Shown here: positions 63,677-64,000 of the stretch, one piece after another
How positions within the stretch are numbered: the first letter of the stretch is position 1
Layout of the letters: the number at the start of each line of letters is the position of its first letter
From: Leucoraja erinacea
Taxonomy: Eukaryota
Assembly: GCF_028641065.1 (NCBI RefSeq)
Contig: NC_073413.1
Span: 12,338,001-12,402,000 of the forward strand
Length of the DNA: 64,000 bases
Direction: 5' to 3'
Translations under genes and position numbers: made by a program
The notes under the pieces: model-generated
Databases searched by the model: none
What the model saw: the letters and a program-made list of their open reading frames with translations, nothing else
What the model was told of the DNA's origin: nothing

Positions 63677-64000
63677 AGGTATAATGAAAATTGTATTTAT
63701 TTTGTCAAGTGAAGTAAAAGTTTTAAGGTCTCCTGTTAGAGGGTAAAGTTTAACAGCCCGATGAAAACATTGTTTGGAAGAACTGAAGTTGAAAGTTCTT
63801 TAGAATGGTGGTTCACGGTTCTGGTCAGATTTGTGTGTCTTGGTTTGGTGAGTTTCATACTCCTCACTTGATCTTTGAAAGGCAAAAGAACTTGGTCTTT
63901 AGCTTTTACCATTGGCATTCTTGGTCTGGTTGAAACAAGAGGCAACTACAAGGAAAACAAGGATTCCCATCTCTGACCTGGCTCTAGGAGAAATGCCTTT

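Overview
Eukaryotic genomic DNA, almost certainly from a cartilaginous fish (skate/ray-type HE1-like SINEs, CR1 and Penelope-like repeats), with several N gaps. Five protein-coding genes could be rebuilt exon by exon with consistent splice phases: PRR12 exon 1 (-), complete PRRG2 (-), complete NOSIP (+, 295 aa), complete RCN3 (-, 322 aa, ending in HDEF) and the first five coding exons of the meiotic F-box gene FBXO47 (+). PRR12-PRRG2-NOSIP-RCN3 keeps the human 19q13.33 order and orientation, but FBXO47 occupies the FCGRT position, across a visible GC-rich to AT-rich transition. The most striking non-genic structures are: (i) a 14-unit, 52-bp promoter minisatellite of phased CCAAT and GC boxes in the RCN3/FBXO47 divergent promoter; (ii) three 20-38 bp hAT-like micro-MITEs with 8-bp TSDs at the PRRG2 5' end; (iii) Penelope-derived fold-back inserts carrying minimal hammerhead-ribozyme-like cores, plus a 66-bp satellite derived from them; (iv) a five-fold tandemly copied splice acceptor before an RCN3 exon. 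All identifications come from manual translation and recalled family sequences; no database search was run.
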